This document shows, one piece after another, positions 27,523-36,991 of a DNA stretch of 64,000 nucleotides (positions are counted from its first letter, which is position 1; each line of letters opens with the position of its first letter). The stretch covers positions 4,419-68,418 of the forward strand of contig JAFZPN010000038.1 in the NCBI GenBank assembly GCA_017550315.1, read 5' to 3'. Below the pieces are notes generated by a model. That model did no database searches. It had not been told where the DNA came from and saw only the letters and a list, made by a program, of their open reading frames with translations. The stretch is from Clostridia bacterium. Lineage in GTDB: Bacteria > Bacillota > Clostridia > Oscillospirales > CAG-272. The position numbers and the translations under genes were made by a program.

Positions 27523-28245
27523 ATGACCAAAGAAACATTATATAAACAAATCAGCATATGCGATGACGAACTCGGCACCCTTCTTCAGGGAGACGATCTC
27601 GACGCGATCAAGCGCTGCGCGCTCGATTACCACGCATTGGTGCATCTCGCGGAAGTGTCCGGCAGGAAAGGGCCCACCATCGCGGATTATGTCTTTCAGT
27701 ATATGGCAGACGGGCACCAGAACGAAATCGTGCCGCGTCAGTCCTATGACGTGGATCTGCATTACGCGGGGACCAACACCGTCCCGCTGTGCTGGCATTT
27801 CTGGCACACAACCCGTATCGAGGACCTCGTCAGCAACATTCTGATGGCAAACGGCAGACAGATCTTCGACGCGGAGTGGCAGGCAAAAATCGGCGCGTCG
27901 ATCACCGATACGGGCAATGCGCTGGAGGAGGACGAGGCTGTCGCTTTCGGACAGAAGATCCGCCTGGGCGCTCTCCGTCAATATATGATCGCCGTCGGAC
28001 AGAACACCCGCAGGATCATCGAGAGCCTGACGCTCGAACAGGTGAAAACAAAGGTCCCGGAGGAATGGGTCATGCGCATTCTGGAAGAGGGCGGCGTGAC
28101 CACCGATTTCCGTTCGGTCTGGCTTCTCGTATTCTGGGGAAGACTGACCGTCGGCGGCATGATCGTGATCCCCCTGACGGATCACCACATGATGCACCTC
28201 ACACCGTGCGCGGATCATCTTCCGATTTTCCCGCCCGCGGAGTGA
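27523..28245 (+). CDS. Hypothetical protein (240 aa), possibly a DinB-like helical bundle
   Basis: SD GGAGGA (6 nt). His-rich positions (WHFWHTTRIED, LTDHHMMHL) faintly suggest a DinB-type metal-binding bundle. This is a weak call. Confidence 0.5.
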   Translation: MTKETLYKQISICDDELGTLLQGDDLDAIKRCALDYHALVHLAEVSGRKGPTIADYVFQYMADGHQNEIVPRQSYDVDLHYAGTNTVPLCWHFWHTTRIEDLVSNILMANGRQIFDAEWQAKIGASITDTGNALEEDEAVAFGQKIRLGALRQYMIAVGQNTRRIIESLTLEQVKTKVPEEWVMRILEEGGVTTDFRSVWLLVFWGRLTVGGMIVIPLTDHHMMHLTPCADHLPIFPPAE

Positions 28246-28268
28246 ACGGTCAAAAGAACAACAAAAAA

Positions 28269-28303
28269 ACCGTGGATCGGATGTCTTCCGGTCCGCGGTT
28301 TTC
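28269..28303. terminator. Bidirectional rho-independent terminator
   Basis: 13-bp stem ACCGTGGATCGGA/TCCGGTCCGCGGT (two G-U pairs; 28269-28281 with 28287-28299) and a 5-nt loop, flanked by A7 upstream and TTTT downstream. Confidence 0.75.
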
Positions 28304-28335
28304 TGATGTATAGTTTCTTCTGACGGGGATCCGGC

Positions 28336-31300
28336 TCAGTTCCCGCTGCCCGGCGAGCCCGTGACCGTGATGTCCGCGCCGCTGTCCCGCTTCAGATCCA
28401 CGTTGAACGAGAACGAATACGTCCCGTCCGCGTCGCGATAAACCTGATACCCGTCGTACCCGTTCTCACCCGCGAGCGTGAGTTCGGTTTCCGTGCCGTT
28501 CTTCGTGACGGTCACGCGCGGCGCGGCATAGGTATCGAATCCGTAGATCCGGACGGCGGCGGTGCTCCTGCCCCCTTCGAGCCGGAACGAAGCCCGGTTG
28601 TCCGCGGCCCGGACGGAGGGGATGAAGCGGTCATCCACGGCCTCTCCTTCGAGTACGGTCAGACGGACCGGATCGAGGCAGGAATCCTCCCGGACCGCGC
28701 GGACGTTGCGGTCGGTCTTGTTTGTCGAATAACCCCACGGGAGGAGAATGATCTCGAGCTCCAGCCGGTCGCCCTTTTTCAGCGTCACCTCGCCGAGATC
28801 GAGGGACAGGGAGCCCGCGTTGAGCGTGTCGTCCGCGCGGTCGTACAGGACGAAGGGGCCGTCGTATGCCTCACCGCCGATCACGATCGAGGCATTTCGC
28901 ACGATCAGGGCGAAGTTCACGGAATCCTCGATATTCCCGCCTAAGTAATCGTAATACGGGTATTCCCGCCCGAGGACGAGGACCCGCTCGCCCGGTTCGA
29001 CATTCTCGATGACCGGGATGCCGTCCTCGCCGAGATACCCGATGTTCCGATAATACACCGCGCGTCCGTCGAAGGTGAAGAACGAGAAGTCCCGGCGGAA
29101 ATCCGCGATGGTCACGTCGTCGAGGACGTCGAGCGCGATATGATAATACGTCCGGTTCTCGTCCGTCTGCGCCATCTCGGCATGGCGGTACGCCGCCCGG
29201 ATCTTTCCGTCGTCGGAGAGATATTCCATCTCGATGTCCGCGTACACCGGTCCACCCGAGACGATCTCGGCGGACTGGGATTCGGACTTGCAGGCATGGC
29301 CGTCCGCGTCCGTGTAGCGGAGGAAGTACAGCCGCCCGGCGCTCGTGTGCTGGGGCTGACCGGACCACAGCGGCGCGGAGTTCGCGCGGAAGTCGGGCAG
29401 GGTCCAGCCGTCCTTGCCGTACACGAAATACGGCGCGATGCAGTTCGTCTCCGTCACGCCGACGGACAGGTGATAATACGGAATGTGAAACGCGATGGAT
29501 GAGAGCTGCTTCAGGGGATAATTCCCCCAGTTCTGATAGAGGTGCAGGACGGTGAACCGCTTGACCTCGTTTTGCCCGATCGTGACGGGGAAGTACACCT
29601 CTCCGTAAGCCGGATCGTAGGGGTCGAACAGCGGTTCTTCGTATTCGCCGCAGAAGTTCTTGCAGACCTCGACCGGAATGGGGAGGAGCCGGTTCTCCTC
29701 GTTGAGCACCGCGCCGCATTCCAGCTGCCCTTTGCCTTCCGCTGCCAGCAGATAGATAGTCCTGTCCGCGATGCCGTCTCCGCCGATCTCGGCATGGATC
29801 GCGTAATGCTTGTCCGGTTCCATGTAGTACGCGCGGTTGAAATCCGAGGACCCTACGGTAAAGCGGTAGTATCCGGCGAACGCATCGTATCCGGCGTATT
29901 TCGCCCCGTCACTCGGAGTCGAAATCTTCACGTGCTTGAGCGGGCTGCGCTCGATTTCCGCTTCCCGCCGGATGCCGTCGAAATCGTGCTCCGCGGAGGT
30001 GTACAGCCGCTGCCCGAAGACGGCGTCGTTCCCCTTCCGGATCTTCGTTTTCAGATCGATCCCGCGGGTCACGACGTAATACCCGTCCCGCAGCTCGACG
30101 CGGATATCGCCGTTGTCCTCCGTGTTCGGCAGGATGATGCCCCAGACCCCGGCGTCCCGGATATCGAAGGCGACGAATTCCGTGCCGGCAAAGGAAAAAC
30201 CGTAGAGCGTCGCGGATTCTCCGCCGGCGTTTTTAAGAAGGATCCCCTCGACCGTATCCGCCGGGATCGCGGTCTCGGTCTCAAACCGTCCGCCGCCTTC
30301 AAAGGCATCCGTCGCGACGATGCGCAGGACCTCGTGTACCTTGTCGGAATAGGTGTGGTATATGCGTTCGAGGGCGAAAGGAGCGGAGGACGCGCCGGTC
30401 TTGACCGCGGTGAGCTCCCGGATCTCGACGACTTCGTCCTTTTCTGCGCCGAAATCGAGGCGGAAGCCGCGGACCGTTCCGGTGTAATCCGGGATCACCG
30501 TCAGCGGCACGGTCACCGTCGTCCATGTCCCGGGCGTCACGGTGACCCCCGTCCTCTGCTCGGCGGAATACCCGTCGTGCGATCCGGCGATCAGGAAGAA
30601 CTCGCCCGATGATGCCGCTTCCGTCCGGATCGTGATCCTCACCGCGTCGTAATCCGCCGTCTTGAAGCGGACCGACGCATAGACATACGGATCGTAAGAA
30701 CTGGTGACGGTATATGACATCACGCCGTCCTTGATCCGGACGGGGGAGGTGTCATGGGTTCCCCATGTCCCGGAGCGGCTGAGGATGTCGTAGCCCCCGT
30801 CCCCACTCGCGGCAAGGGCTTCGCCGTTCACGAAGAGCTGATCGCAGAACCGGAAATCGTAGTAGTAATAGCCGAGACGGTGGCTGTTCATCCGTCCGTT
30901 CTTCGGGGAGTACGCCGCGCTGCATCTCGTCCCGTCCGGGAGCACGATCCGCGCGTCCATGGTGTCCCGGAAATACGGCACGCCGTCAGAATTGCAGATC
31001 GCCTCGACACCCTTGTGCCCATCCGTCGAGAGATCGTATAAGAGCGACATGTTCCCGTTCGTCACGAGGAATTTCTTTCTTTCCGGGTCCGTGAATTTCC
31101 CGCTGATTCCGTTCGCCCGCGCGGCGGCGGCTTCGATGGTCGAGAGCCAGTCCGCGCTTTGTGGCTCATAAATCGGTTCTTCTGCGGTCGTCTCGGGGAT
31201 TTCGTTCATGGTTTCTGCCTCCGTTTCCTCCGTTTTTTCCGTTTCCGCAATCGGCGGCGGATCGTCTTGCTGCTTGTCGTCCGATTTGTCTCTCTCACAT

Positions 31301-31407
31301 CCCGGGAAGAAGACACATGCCGCGAGAAGAAGAACGGACAGCGCGAAAACAATCCCGGATCTCTTCGGGTCTGTCTGACGTGGCTGCCGATTATTTCTGT
31401 TTTTCAT
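28336..31407 (-). CDS. Large hypothetical surface lipoprotein (1023 aa)
   Basis: Signal anchor IVFALSVLLLAAC with an LAAC lipobox, then an acidic linker (DDKQQDDPPPIAETEKTEETEAE) and ~950 aa with no motif I can place. Last gene of the 39493->28336 unit. Confidence 0.7.
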   Translation of the reverse strand: MKNRNNRQPRQTDPKRSGIVFALSVLLLAACVFFPGCERDKSDDKQQDDPPPIAETEKTEETEAETMNEIPETTAEEPIYEPQSADWLSTIEAAAARANGISGKFTDPERKKFLVTNGNMSLLYDLSTDGHKGVEAICNSDGVPYFRDTMDARIVLPDGTRCSAAYSPKNGRMNSHRLGYYYYDFRFCDQLFVNGEALAASGDGGYDILSRSGTWGTHDTSPVRIKDGVMSYTVTSSYDPYVYASVRFKTADYDAVRITIRTEAASSGEFFLIAGSHDGYSAEQRTGVTVTPGTWTTVTVPLTVIPDYTGTVRGFRLDFGAEKDEVVEIRELTAVKTGASSAPFALERIYHTYSDKVHEVLRIVATDAFEGGGRFETETAIPADTVEGILLKNAGGESATLYGFSFAGTEFVAFDIRDAGVWGIILPNTEDNGDIRVELRDGYYVVTRGIDLKTKIRKGNDAVFGQRLYTSAEHDFDGIRREAEIERSPLKHVKISTPSDGAKYAGYDAFAGYYRFTVGSSDFNRAYYMEPDKHYAIHAEIGGDGIADRTIYLLAAEGKGQLECGAVLNEENRLLPIPVEVCKNFCGEYEEPLFDPYDPAYGEVYFPVTIGQNEVKRFTVLHLYQNWGNYPLKQLSSIAFHIPYYHLSVGVTETNCIAPYFVYGKDGWTLPDFRANSAPLWSGQPQHTSAGRLYFLRYTDADGHACKSESQSAEIVSGGPVYADIEMEYLSDDGKIRAAYRHAEMAQTDENRTYYHIALDVLDDVTIADFRRDFSFFTFDGRAVYYRNIGYLGEDGIPVIENVEPGERVLVLGREYPYYDYLGGNIEDSVNFALIVRNASIVIGGEAYDGPFVLYDRADDTLNAGSLSLDLGEVTLKKGDRLELEIILLPWGYSTNKTDRNVRAVREDSCLDPVRLTVLEGEAVDDRFIPSVRAADNRASFRLEGGRSTAAVRIYGFDTYAAPRVTVTKNGTETELTLAGENGYDGYQVYRDADGTYSFSFNVDLKRDSGADITVTGSPGSGN

Positions 31408-31467
31408 AGCCTTCTCCTCTCACGGTTCTTTTCTTCCGGGCCTGGATTCACGCGGCGCGGTCGGCGA

Positions 31468-31755
31468 TCATTTGAAAAAGTGCAGATACCCGACGGTAAG
31501 CAGGGCGATCTGGATGATCAGGAAGAGGGGGAAGAATACCTGGAAATACCAGTGCTTGGTCTTGTGGCGGCAGAGCGTCATGCCGAGCACGCCGCCGAGT
31601 CCGCCGAAGCAGGCCGCCGCGAGAAACAGCGTCTTCTCCGGCACGCGCCGTTTTCCGGATTTGGCGCAGCGCTTGTCATAGGCCATCAGGCAGAAGGAGA
31701 TGAGGTTCAGTACGGCCAAAACCGCAAGGATAATCGGGAGAATGGCGTCTTTCAT
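31468..31755 (-). CDS. DUF1294 family small membrane protein (95 aa)
   Basis: MKDAILPIILAVLAVLNLISFCLMAYDKRCAKSGKRRVPEKTLFLAAACFGGLGGVLGMTLCRHKTKHWYF matches the DUF1294 pattern (DK..A....R.PE..L....GG..G......HKT.H..F). The 175-aa track ORF is an upstream over-extension. Confidence 0.75.
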   Translation of the reverse strand: MKDAILPIILAVLAVLNLISFCLMAYDKRCAKSGKRRVPEKTLFLAAACFGGLGGVLGMTLCRHKTKHWYFQVFFPLFLIIQIALLTVGYLHFFK

Positions 31756-31829
31756 GTTGGTCTTGATCCTTTCTATCGTGGAATATATGAGATTCTTCCA
31801 ATATGATCCGGCAGGGGATCCTGTGCCCC

Positions 31830-32927
31830 TCACCGCGCGAGCTTCCACCGCGTCCCCATGACGACCGGGAAATTCTCGCCGGGCAGCGCCTGATAATAGA
31901 CCGTGAACAGCGAACCGTCCGCGCATTCGGCGGTCGCGGGATAACCGAGATCGCAGAAGGTGTTCTTGTCGTCGATCACGTAGTCCTCCTCCCACGTCTC
32001 GCCGTAGTCATAGCTGACGCAGGCCCTCTCGGTCTTCGGCGCGCCGCCGCGGTCGCAGTATGAGAGGATGAGCGCGCCGGAGGAATGGAGCAGCAGATGG
32101 GGAGGCAGACCGCGGATCCCGATGAATTTCGGTTCGCTCCACGTCATCCCGCCGTCGTCGGAATAGGTCGTATAGCAGGTCTCGTTCGGGATCATCGGAC
32201 GACCGACCCGCAGCGCGCCGAACAGCCTGCCGCCCGGGAGCTCCACGACGTGCGGCTCATGGAAGTAATACCACTCGTGATCCGCGGGGAGGGGAAGGGT
32301 GCCTTTCTGTTCCCAGGTCCGGCCCCAGTCGGCGCTGATCCAGCAGCGGACCTTCTGCGTTCCGTCCTCGCACGGCTCGAAATCCTTCCCGAGGTAGATC
32401 GCGCGGTTCCCGGACAATCGGTTCGGTCCGTGCGGCGCGGTCATCGGCACCCGGATCGGATCGCTCCACGAGAAGCCCCAGTCGTCGGAGACGATCACGT
32501 AGGAGCCGTGCTTCTGATACTCCGGCTTCATGTAACGATATACGTTCATCAGTCCGAGGATCGTCTCCCGGTCCTCGATCCCGACGGCGGAGAATCCGGG
32601 ATTCTTCGGATAGGAATCGTCCGTCCGTTCGGAGAACCAGGTGGCGATCATGTGTCCGCCGCCGAGCGAGACGATGCCGGTGTCGCGGTCGTCGAGACGG
32701 GAATCGTTGAGGATGATCGGCTTCGACCAGGTGTGTCCGTCGTCAAAGGAGACGAACATCGCGTTCTTCCCGGACGGATCGACGTGCTGGATGCGGAAGG
32801 ACGAGGCCGTGACGTACATCGTCCCCCGCTCGTCCCGACAGATCGACGGCCAGCCGTTGTACTTGAAGATCGATGCGGGATTGCGCCAGATCACGGTCTG
32901 CGGCGCGTCGATGCGGATCTCTTTCAT
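31830..32927 (-). CDS. BNR/Asp-box beta-propeller protein, sialidase (GH33)-like (365 aa)
   Basis: Five Asp-boxes: SFDDGHTW, SDDWGFSW, SADWGRTW, SDDGGMTW, SYDYGETW. No signal peptide. SD GGAGG. Confidence 0.7.
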   Translation of the reverse strand: MKEIRIDAPQTVIWRNPASIFKYNGWPSICRDERGTMYVTASSFRIQHVDPSGKNAMFVSFDDGHTWSKPIILNDSRLDDRDTGIVSLGGGHMIATWFSERTDDSYPKNPGFSAVGIEDRETILGLMNVYRYMKPEYQKHGSYVIVSDDWGFSWSDPIRVPMTAPHGPNRLSGNRAIYLGKDFEPCEDGTQKVRCWISADWGRTWEQKGTLPLPADHEWYYFHEPHVVELPGGRLFGALRVGRPMIPNETCYTTYSDDGGMTWSEPKFIGIRGLPPHLLLHSSGALILSYCDRGGAPKTERACVSYDYGETWEEDYVIDDKNTFCDLGYPATAECADGSLFTVYYQALPGENFPVVMGTRWKLAR

Positions 32928-32945
32928 GTCGTCTTCCTCCGTTGT

Positions 32946-34241
32946 TCAGATGCTCATCGTCAACGCCTGAAGGCGCAGACGGTCGGACAGATACCGGTCC
33001 TCGAATGTATCGGCGTTCAGCCAGTTCCCGCGGAAAGAGACCTCCCGCAGCGTGCGGTACGGCTCCGGGACCTCCGTCTGTATCTGCGGCCTGACTGTGC
33101 CGACGGGATGCCCGGCGAGGACTTCCCATGCGGCGCAGAGATAGTCCCGCGGCCCGATGACATCTCCGTCGACGGTGATGCGGGACGGCAGGAACGTCCC
33201 TTCTCGGATTTGCTCCGCGGCCGCCGTCAGCGCTTCCCGGGAAAATTCCCTATCCGTATCCGCCGCTGCCGGCTGTTCGAGAAATCCGTACACTTCCTCC
33301 TGCCGGTACGTCTTGCGATCGGGATCCCGGAGGAACGCGGCTGCCGCGAGAAGAAGCTCGGACTGCGAATTCCGATAGGGCGGTTTGGTCCGGAGCATGG
33401 CGAATATCCTGCCCGCATCCTCTCTCCGGATGACGGGCGTATCTGGGACCTTGGCAAGAAGCTCATCGAGGTTCGTGACCGCAAAGGTCTCGTCCGCCCG
33501 GATCGCTTTGATCAGGCGGTCGAGATTGCAAAAGAACCGGTCGATCTCCTCGGGGGGACGTTCGGGACACGGCATCCATTCTCCGAAGGGCGTCCGGTTT
33601 TCCTTCGCATAATTGACCGTATCCCAGAATTCCGTGTGACAGATCATGTTCGGGTGGTTGTACAGGGTGATCAGACCGCCTCCGGCAAGCAGGTCGAGAA
33701 AGGCGTCCGGGTCAAAGTCGTGCGCAAAGAGATGGTTTTCGAGCATGTAGGTGTAGGGGATCTGGACCGCGTTGCAGAACCGGAAAGGCGCGTCCTGTTC
33801 GTCGAAGATGCCGCCGATGTAGACGGGGATCTCCATTTTCGCATACCCGTAGAGCGCGGCGTAGGAGATGCTGTTCCCGGGCGGACAGGCGGAGCAGAGG
33901 GACGTTCTTCCGAAGACGCGCTTCACGATTTCTGCTCCTTCCGGTTCCTTTTCGAGAAACCGTTCCCTGGCTGTTCCATAGTCCTCCGTATCCGTCTTCT
34001 CCATCAGATTCGGGTGGATGGAGTGGTCATAGGAATGATAGCCGATCCGGTGAGGAGCCAGGGCGCGGACGACGTCCTGCCGGTTTTTGCGCGCGATATC
34101 CGCCGCCAGCAGACCGACCATCTGGAAATGCCCGACGACGCCGTTTGCCGCGAGCGTATCGCCCAGCCGGACCAGCATGTCCGTCGAGAGGTCCGACGTG
34201 TAGTCCTCGCAGTCGAAGCTGAACAGGATGTTCGTTTTCAT
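32946..34241 (-). CDS. Polysaccharide-deacetylase-fold-like protein (431 aa), tentative
   Basis: Start ATG 34241 behind GGAGG. The N-terminus (ILFSFDCEDY...HSYDHSIHPN) resembles the Asp and His metal motifs of deacetylase/NodB-like barrels. Weak call. Confidence 0.4.
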   Translation of the reverse strand: MKTNILFSFDCEDYTSDLSTDMLVRLGDTLAANGVVGHFQMVGLLAADIARKNRQDVVRALAPHRIGYHSYDHSIHPNLMEKTDTEDYGTARERFLEKEPEGAEIVKRVFGRTSLCSACPPGNSISYAALYGYAKMEIPVYIGGIFDEQDAPFRFCNAVQIPYTYMLENHLFAHDFDPDAFLDLLAGGGLITLYNHPNMICHTEFWDTVNYAKENRTPFGEWMPCPERPPEEIDRFFCNLDRLIKAIRADETFAVTNLDELLAKVPDTPVIRREDAGRIFAMLRTKPPYRNSQSELLLAAAAFLRDPDRKTYRQEEVYGFLEQPAAADTDREFSREALTAAAEQIREGTFLPSRITVDGDVIGPRDYLCAAWEVLAGHPVGTVRPQIQTEVPEPYRTLREVSFRGNWLNADTFEDRYLSDRLRLQALTMSI

Positions 34242-34257
34242 GGTGTCCTCCGTTGTG

Positions 34258-35172
34258 TCAGATGCGGTCGATCTCTGCGAGCGCCGCGATCTGTTCCTCG
34301 TCGATCGAGCCGTCGCGGTACAGGGCACAGTCATAGGTGGCGATGCCGCCCGCCTCGTTGACGCAGCGCGTGAAGTGGTGTAAATACTGTCCGCTGTACC
34401 GGCAGCCGGGACGACCCCACGTCGCGCCGAGCGGGGCGAGCAGATGCGCCTGCGCACCGTCGATAAAGCGCTGACGCGGGATCACGGTCAGATCGTTGAA
34501 TTCCCCGCACACGAAGTCCTCATGGGCGTAATTCTTCCGGTAATCCGGGAAGACGCCGTTGTTCATCGCGACGAGCGCCTCCGGATTCCCGCGCTTCACG
34601 GCGGTATAGTAGGGCTCCATCAGCGCGTCGGTATAGCGGAAATAGTCCCGGTAACATCCGTCGATCCACCACGCCTTGACCTTGTCGCCGTACCGCACCG
34701 CGTATTCTTCCAGAACGGATGCCCAGCGCCGGACGAAATCCTCCGTCACGCCCCGGTCCCGCGGCTCCGTGAATCCGAACCGCTGCCCGATGACGGGATT
34801 CTGATACGGGCCGTCCCCGGTATAGTACAGGCAGAGATCGATGCCAAGCGGCGCCAGCGCGTCATACAGATCGAGTACCAGGTCCCGCCTGGCGCATGCC
34901 TCTCCCGGCTTTGTTCCGGCGATCTCGTCGAAGGTCCGGTTCGGGGCGATCAAGCGCTCGTTCCCCTGCATCAGGGTGATGAAATAGTACCCGGCTCCGC
35001 AGTTTTTCAGGGAATCGGCGAGCCGCCCGACGTCGAAGGCATCGACGCAGTCGCTCCAGGATGTGCGGCCTGCCCCCTGATTATGGGGACTGGCGGGATT
35101 GTTCTGAATGCCGTCGAGATAGTGGGTGAACACGCCCCACCGCTTCCCGAACAGTCTGTCGCTGAGTTGCAT
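34258..35172 (-). CDS. GH29-like (alpha-L-fucosidase-like) TIM-barrel protein (304 aa), tentative
   Basis: KRWGVFTHYL..., DLCLYYTGDGP and VKAWWIDGCY resemble GH29 and related TIM-barrel strands. SD AGGAGG. No signal peptide. Confidence 0.4.
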   Translation of the reverse strand: MQLSDRLFGKRWGVFTHYLDGIQNNPASPHNQGAGRTSWSDCVDAFDVGRLADSLKNCGAGYYFITLMQGNERLIAPNRTFDEIAGTKPGEACARRDLVLDLYDALAPLGIDLCLYYTGDGPYQNPVIGQRFGFTEPRDRGVTEDFVRRWASVLEEYAVRYGDKVKAWWIDGCYRDYFRYTDALMEPYYTAVKRGNPEALVAMNNGVFPDYRKNYAHEDFVCGEFNDLTVIPRQRFIDGAQAHLLAPLGATWGRPGCRYSGQYLHHFTRCVNEAGGIATYDCALYRDGSIDEEQIAALAEIDRI

Positions 35173-35213
35173 GGAAAACCTCCTTGTTCAGAAGACGGAA
35201 AGATGGAGGATCG

Positions 35214-36965
35214 TCAAAAGATTCTCGCCATGCCGGCCCGCGGGAGCGCGATTGTCCGGAGGGCATGCGGCGCGAGCTCTTCCGTCCCGAGGAAGACGGA
35301 TCCGAAGCGATCATAGATCTCCACCGTCTTCGTCTGATCCGTCATGTTTTCGAGAATCAGCGGATCTTCCCCGCAGTCCGCAAAGACGTCGCAGGGCTTC
35401 TCTCCCACGCGGAACGAACGCTCTCCGTACAGGACCGTGATCTGCTTATCGGCTCCCTCCGCGACGATCACGGGGTAGTTGGCCTCGGGATGTTCTGGCA
35501 TGAACGCGCCGTGCAGAAGGATCTCCCGGTTTGCGACCCAGTAGGCGAGGAATGCCCGGATCAGCTCCTTCTGTTCCTCCGTGCTCTCCGTGAGCAGGAC
35601 GGAGATCTGCGGGACCGAGAACATCACGCCGAGCAGCTGCTTCGCGCAGAGGATCGGGGACTCGGAGGGCGCCCAGAAGAGCATGTCCGAGTGTACGGCG
35701 ACGGGATAGTGCAACAGACGCAGATCGACCGTCCCGATCCGGTTGACGTTCGCGTCGTAGGCGCAGTCCCCCACCCGGAGCATGTTCCCGAAGCGGTTGA
35801 CGGCGGGTCCGACGTAGTTCTGCCGGTATTCATACAATAGATCCGGTTTGATCGCGCCGAGCTCCTCCGTGATCTCCTCGAGGAGCTTCCGGACCGCCTC
35901 GCCGACCGTGGGGCAGTCCATGACGGCGGGATCGTACGGTGCTGCCTCCGCTCCCGGGTAGAAGGAGTCGATGAAATCGAATTTGAATCCGTCGATGTCG
36001 TATTCCGTGAGGAACCTGCGGTAATTCGCGAGGATGATCCGGCGGATCTCGGGATAGCGGATGTCGAGGGCCCCCGCCTGCAGGAGCCCGCGGTCGATAT
36101 AGAGGTATTTCCCGCGGAACGTCTCGAAGAGCGGACTCTTCACCCCGATGAACGGGACGGTGAACCACACCATCAGCTTCATGCCGTATCCGTGCACGGC
36201 GTCGGCAAACGCGCGGAAGTCCGGGAATTTGTCCCCGGCGACCTGCCATTCCCCGCAGAGCGAATAATCGCCGCAGGACGGTCCCGGAAACTGCCAGCCG
36301 TCGTCGAGGATCACCGTCCGGAAGCCGAGTTCCGACGCGATTTTAAGCTCTTCGAGCAGCTTCTCCCCGTTCGGCGCCTGATGGAAATTGTACCAGGAGG
36401 AATAGAGAGGATCTTCTGCGGCGCGGGGCGGATCCGGAATGGACCATCCGCACGCCTTCCACCACGGATAGACGTCTTCGACGGCAAGGGAATACGGGAC
36501 CGGGCGGCAGTCGATCCGGAGCGTGGTTTCATACGTTTCAAAGGGATCCGTCGCTTCCGTGAAGAGGCAGAGGGCGAACCCCACCCTGTTCTGCTGCTCT
36601 AAATCCTTGACCCAGAAGCGCACTTCCAGCGGCGTGACCGGATCCGCGACGGCGACGGTGCCCCGGTTCTTCCCGAGATCCCCGAACACCGCCAGCACCG
36701 GCGCTCCGAAATGGAAGCACGAGCGGCTGACGGTCGGGGAGAACCACTGCCGGACTGCGTGATCCGTGCCGCATGACGGACGCCACACGCCGAGGATGTC
36801 GCGCATCTCGTCCTCCCATTCGATCCGGACGGGGGAGGGCGCTGCCTTCTTCGGAAGCCGGACCCGGATTCTATATTGGGCGATCCCGTCCTCCGCGGCG
36901 ATGGGAGAGACCGTCACGTCGGTGTCGGGATCCGTAGAGCGGATATCAAAATGAAAATCGAACAT
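35214..36965 (-). CDS. Clan-D (GH36/GH27-like) alpha-galactosidase-family protein (583 aa)
   Basis: Start ATG 36965 behind AGGAGG. FRTVILDDGWQ, MKLMVWFTVPFIG and FKFDFIDSF match the DDGW / xW(F)xP / KxD strand motifs of melibiase-type barrels. The 776-aa track ORF adds an Arg/Gly-rich extension that overlaps the upstream gene. Confidence 0.6.
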   Translation of the reverse strand: MFDFHFDIRSTDPDTDVTVSPIAAEDGIAQYRIRVRLPKKAAPSPVRIEWEDEMRDILGVWRPSCGTDHAVRQWFSPTVSRSCFHFGAPVLAVFGDLGKNRGTVAVADPVTPLEVRFWVKDLEQQNRVGFALCLFTEATDPFETYETTLRIDCRPVPYSLAVEDVYPWWKACGWSIPDPPRAAEDPLYSSWYNFHQAPNGEKLLEELKIASELGFRTVILDDGWQFPGPSCGDYSLCGEWQVAGDKFPDFRAFADAVHGYGMKLMVWFTVPFIGVKSPLFETFRGKYLYIDRGLLQAGALDIRYPEIRRIILANYRRFLTEYDIDGFKFDFIDSFYPGAEAAPYDPAVMDCPTVGEAVRKLLEEITEELGAIKPDLLYEYRQNYVGPAVNRFGNMLRVGDCAYDANVNRIGTVDLRLLHYPVAVHSDMLFWAPSESPILCAKQLLGVMFSVPQISVLLTESTEEQKELIRAFLAYWVANREILLHGAFMPEHPEANYPVIVAEGADKQITVLYGERSFRVGEKPCDVFADCGEDPLILENMTDQTKTVEIYDRFGSVFLGTEELAPHALRTIALPRAGMARIF

Positions 36966-36991
36966 GGAGACCTCCTGATTGTCTTGGGATT

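Noticed and set aside
31756-31995. Longer 175-aa version of the DUF1294 ORF
   Set aside because: The upstream 80 residues are Arg/Gly-rich with no SD. The family-typical protein starts at MKDAILP (31755).
32085-34361. 758-aa plus-strand ORF
   Set aside because: It is antisense to three consecutive SD-supported minus-strand genes, one of which carries five Asp-boxes.
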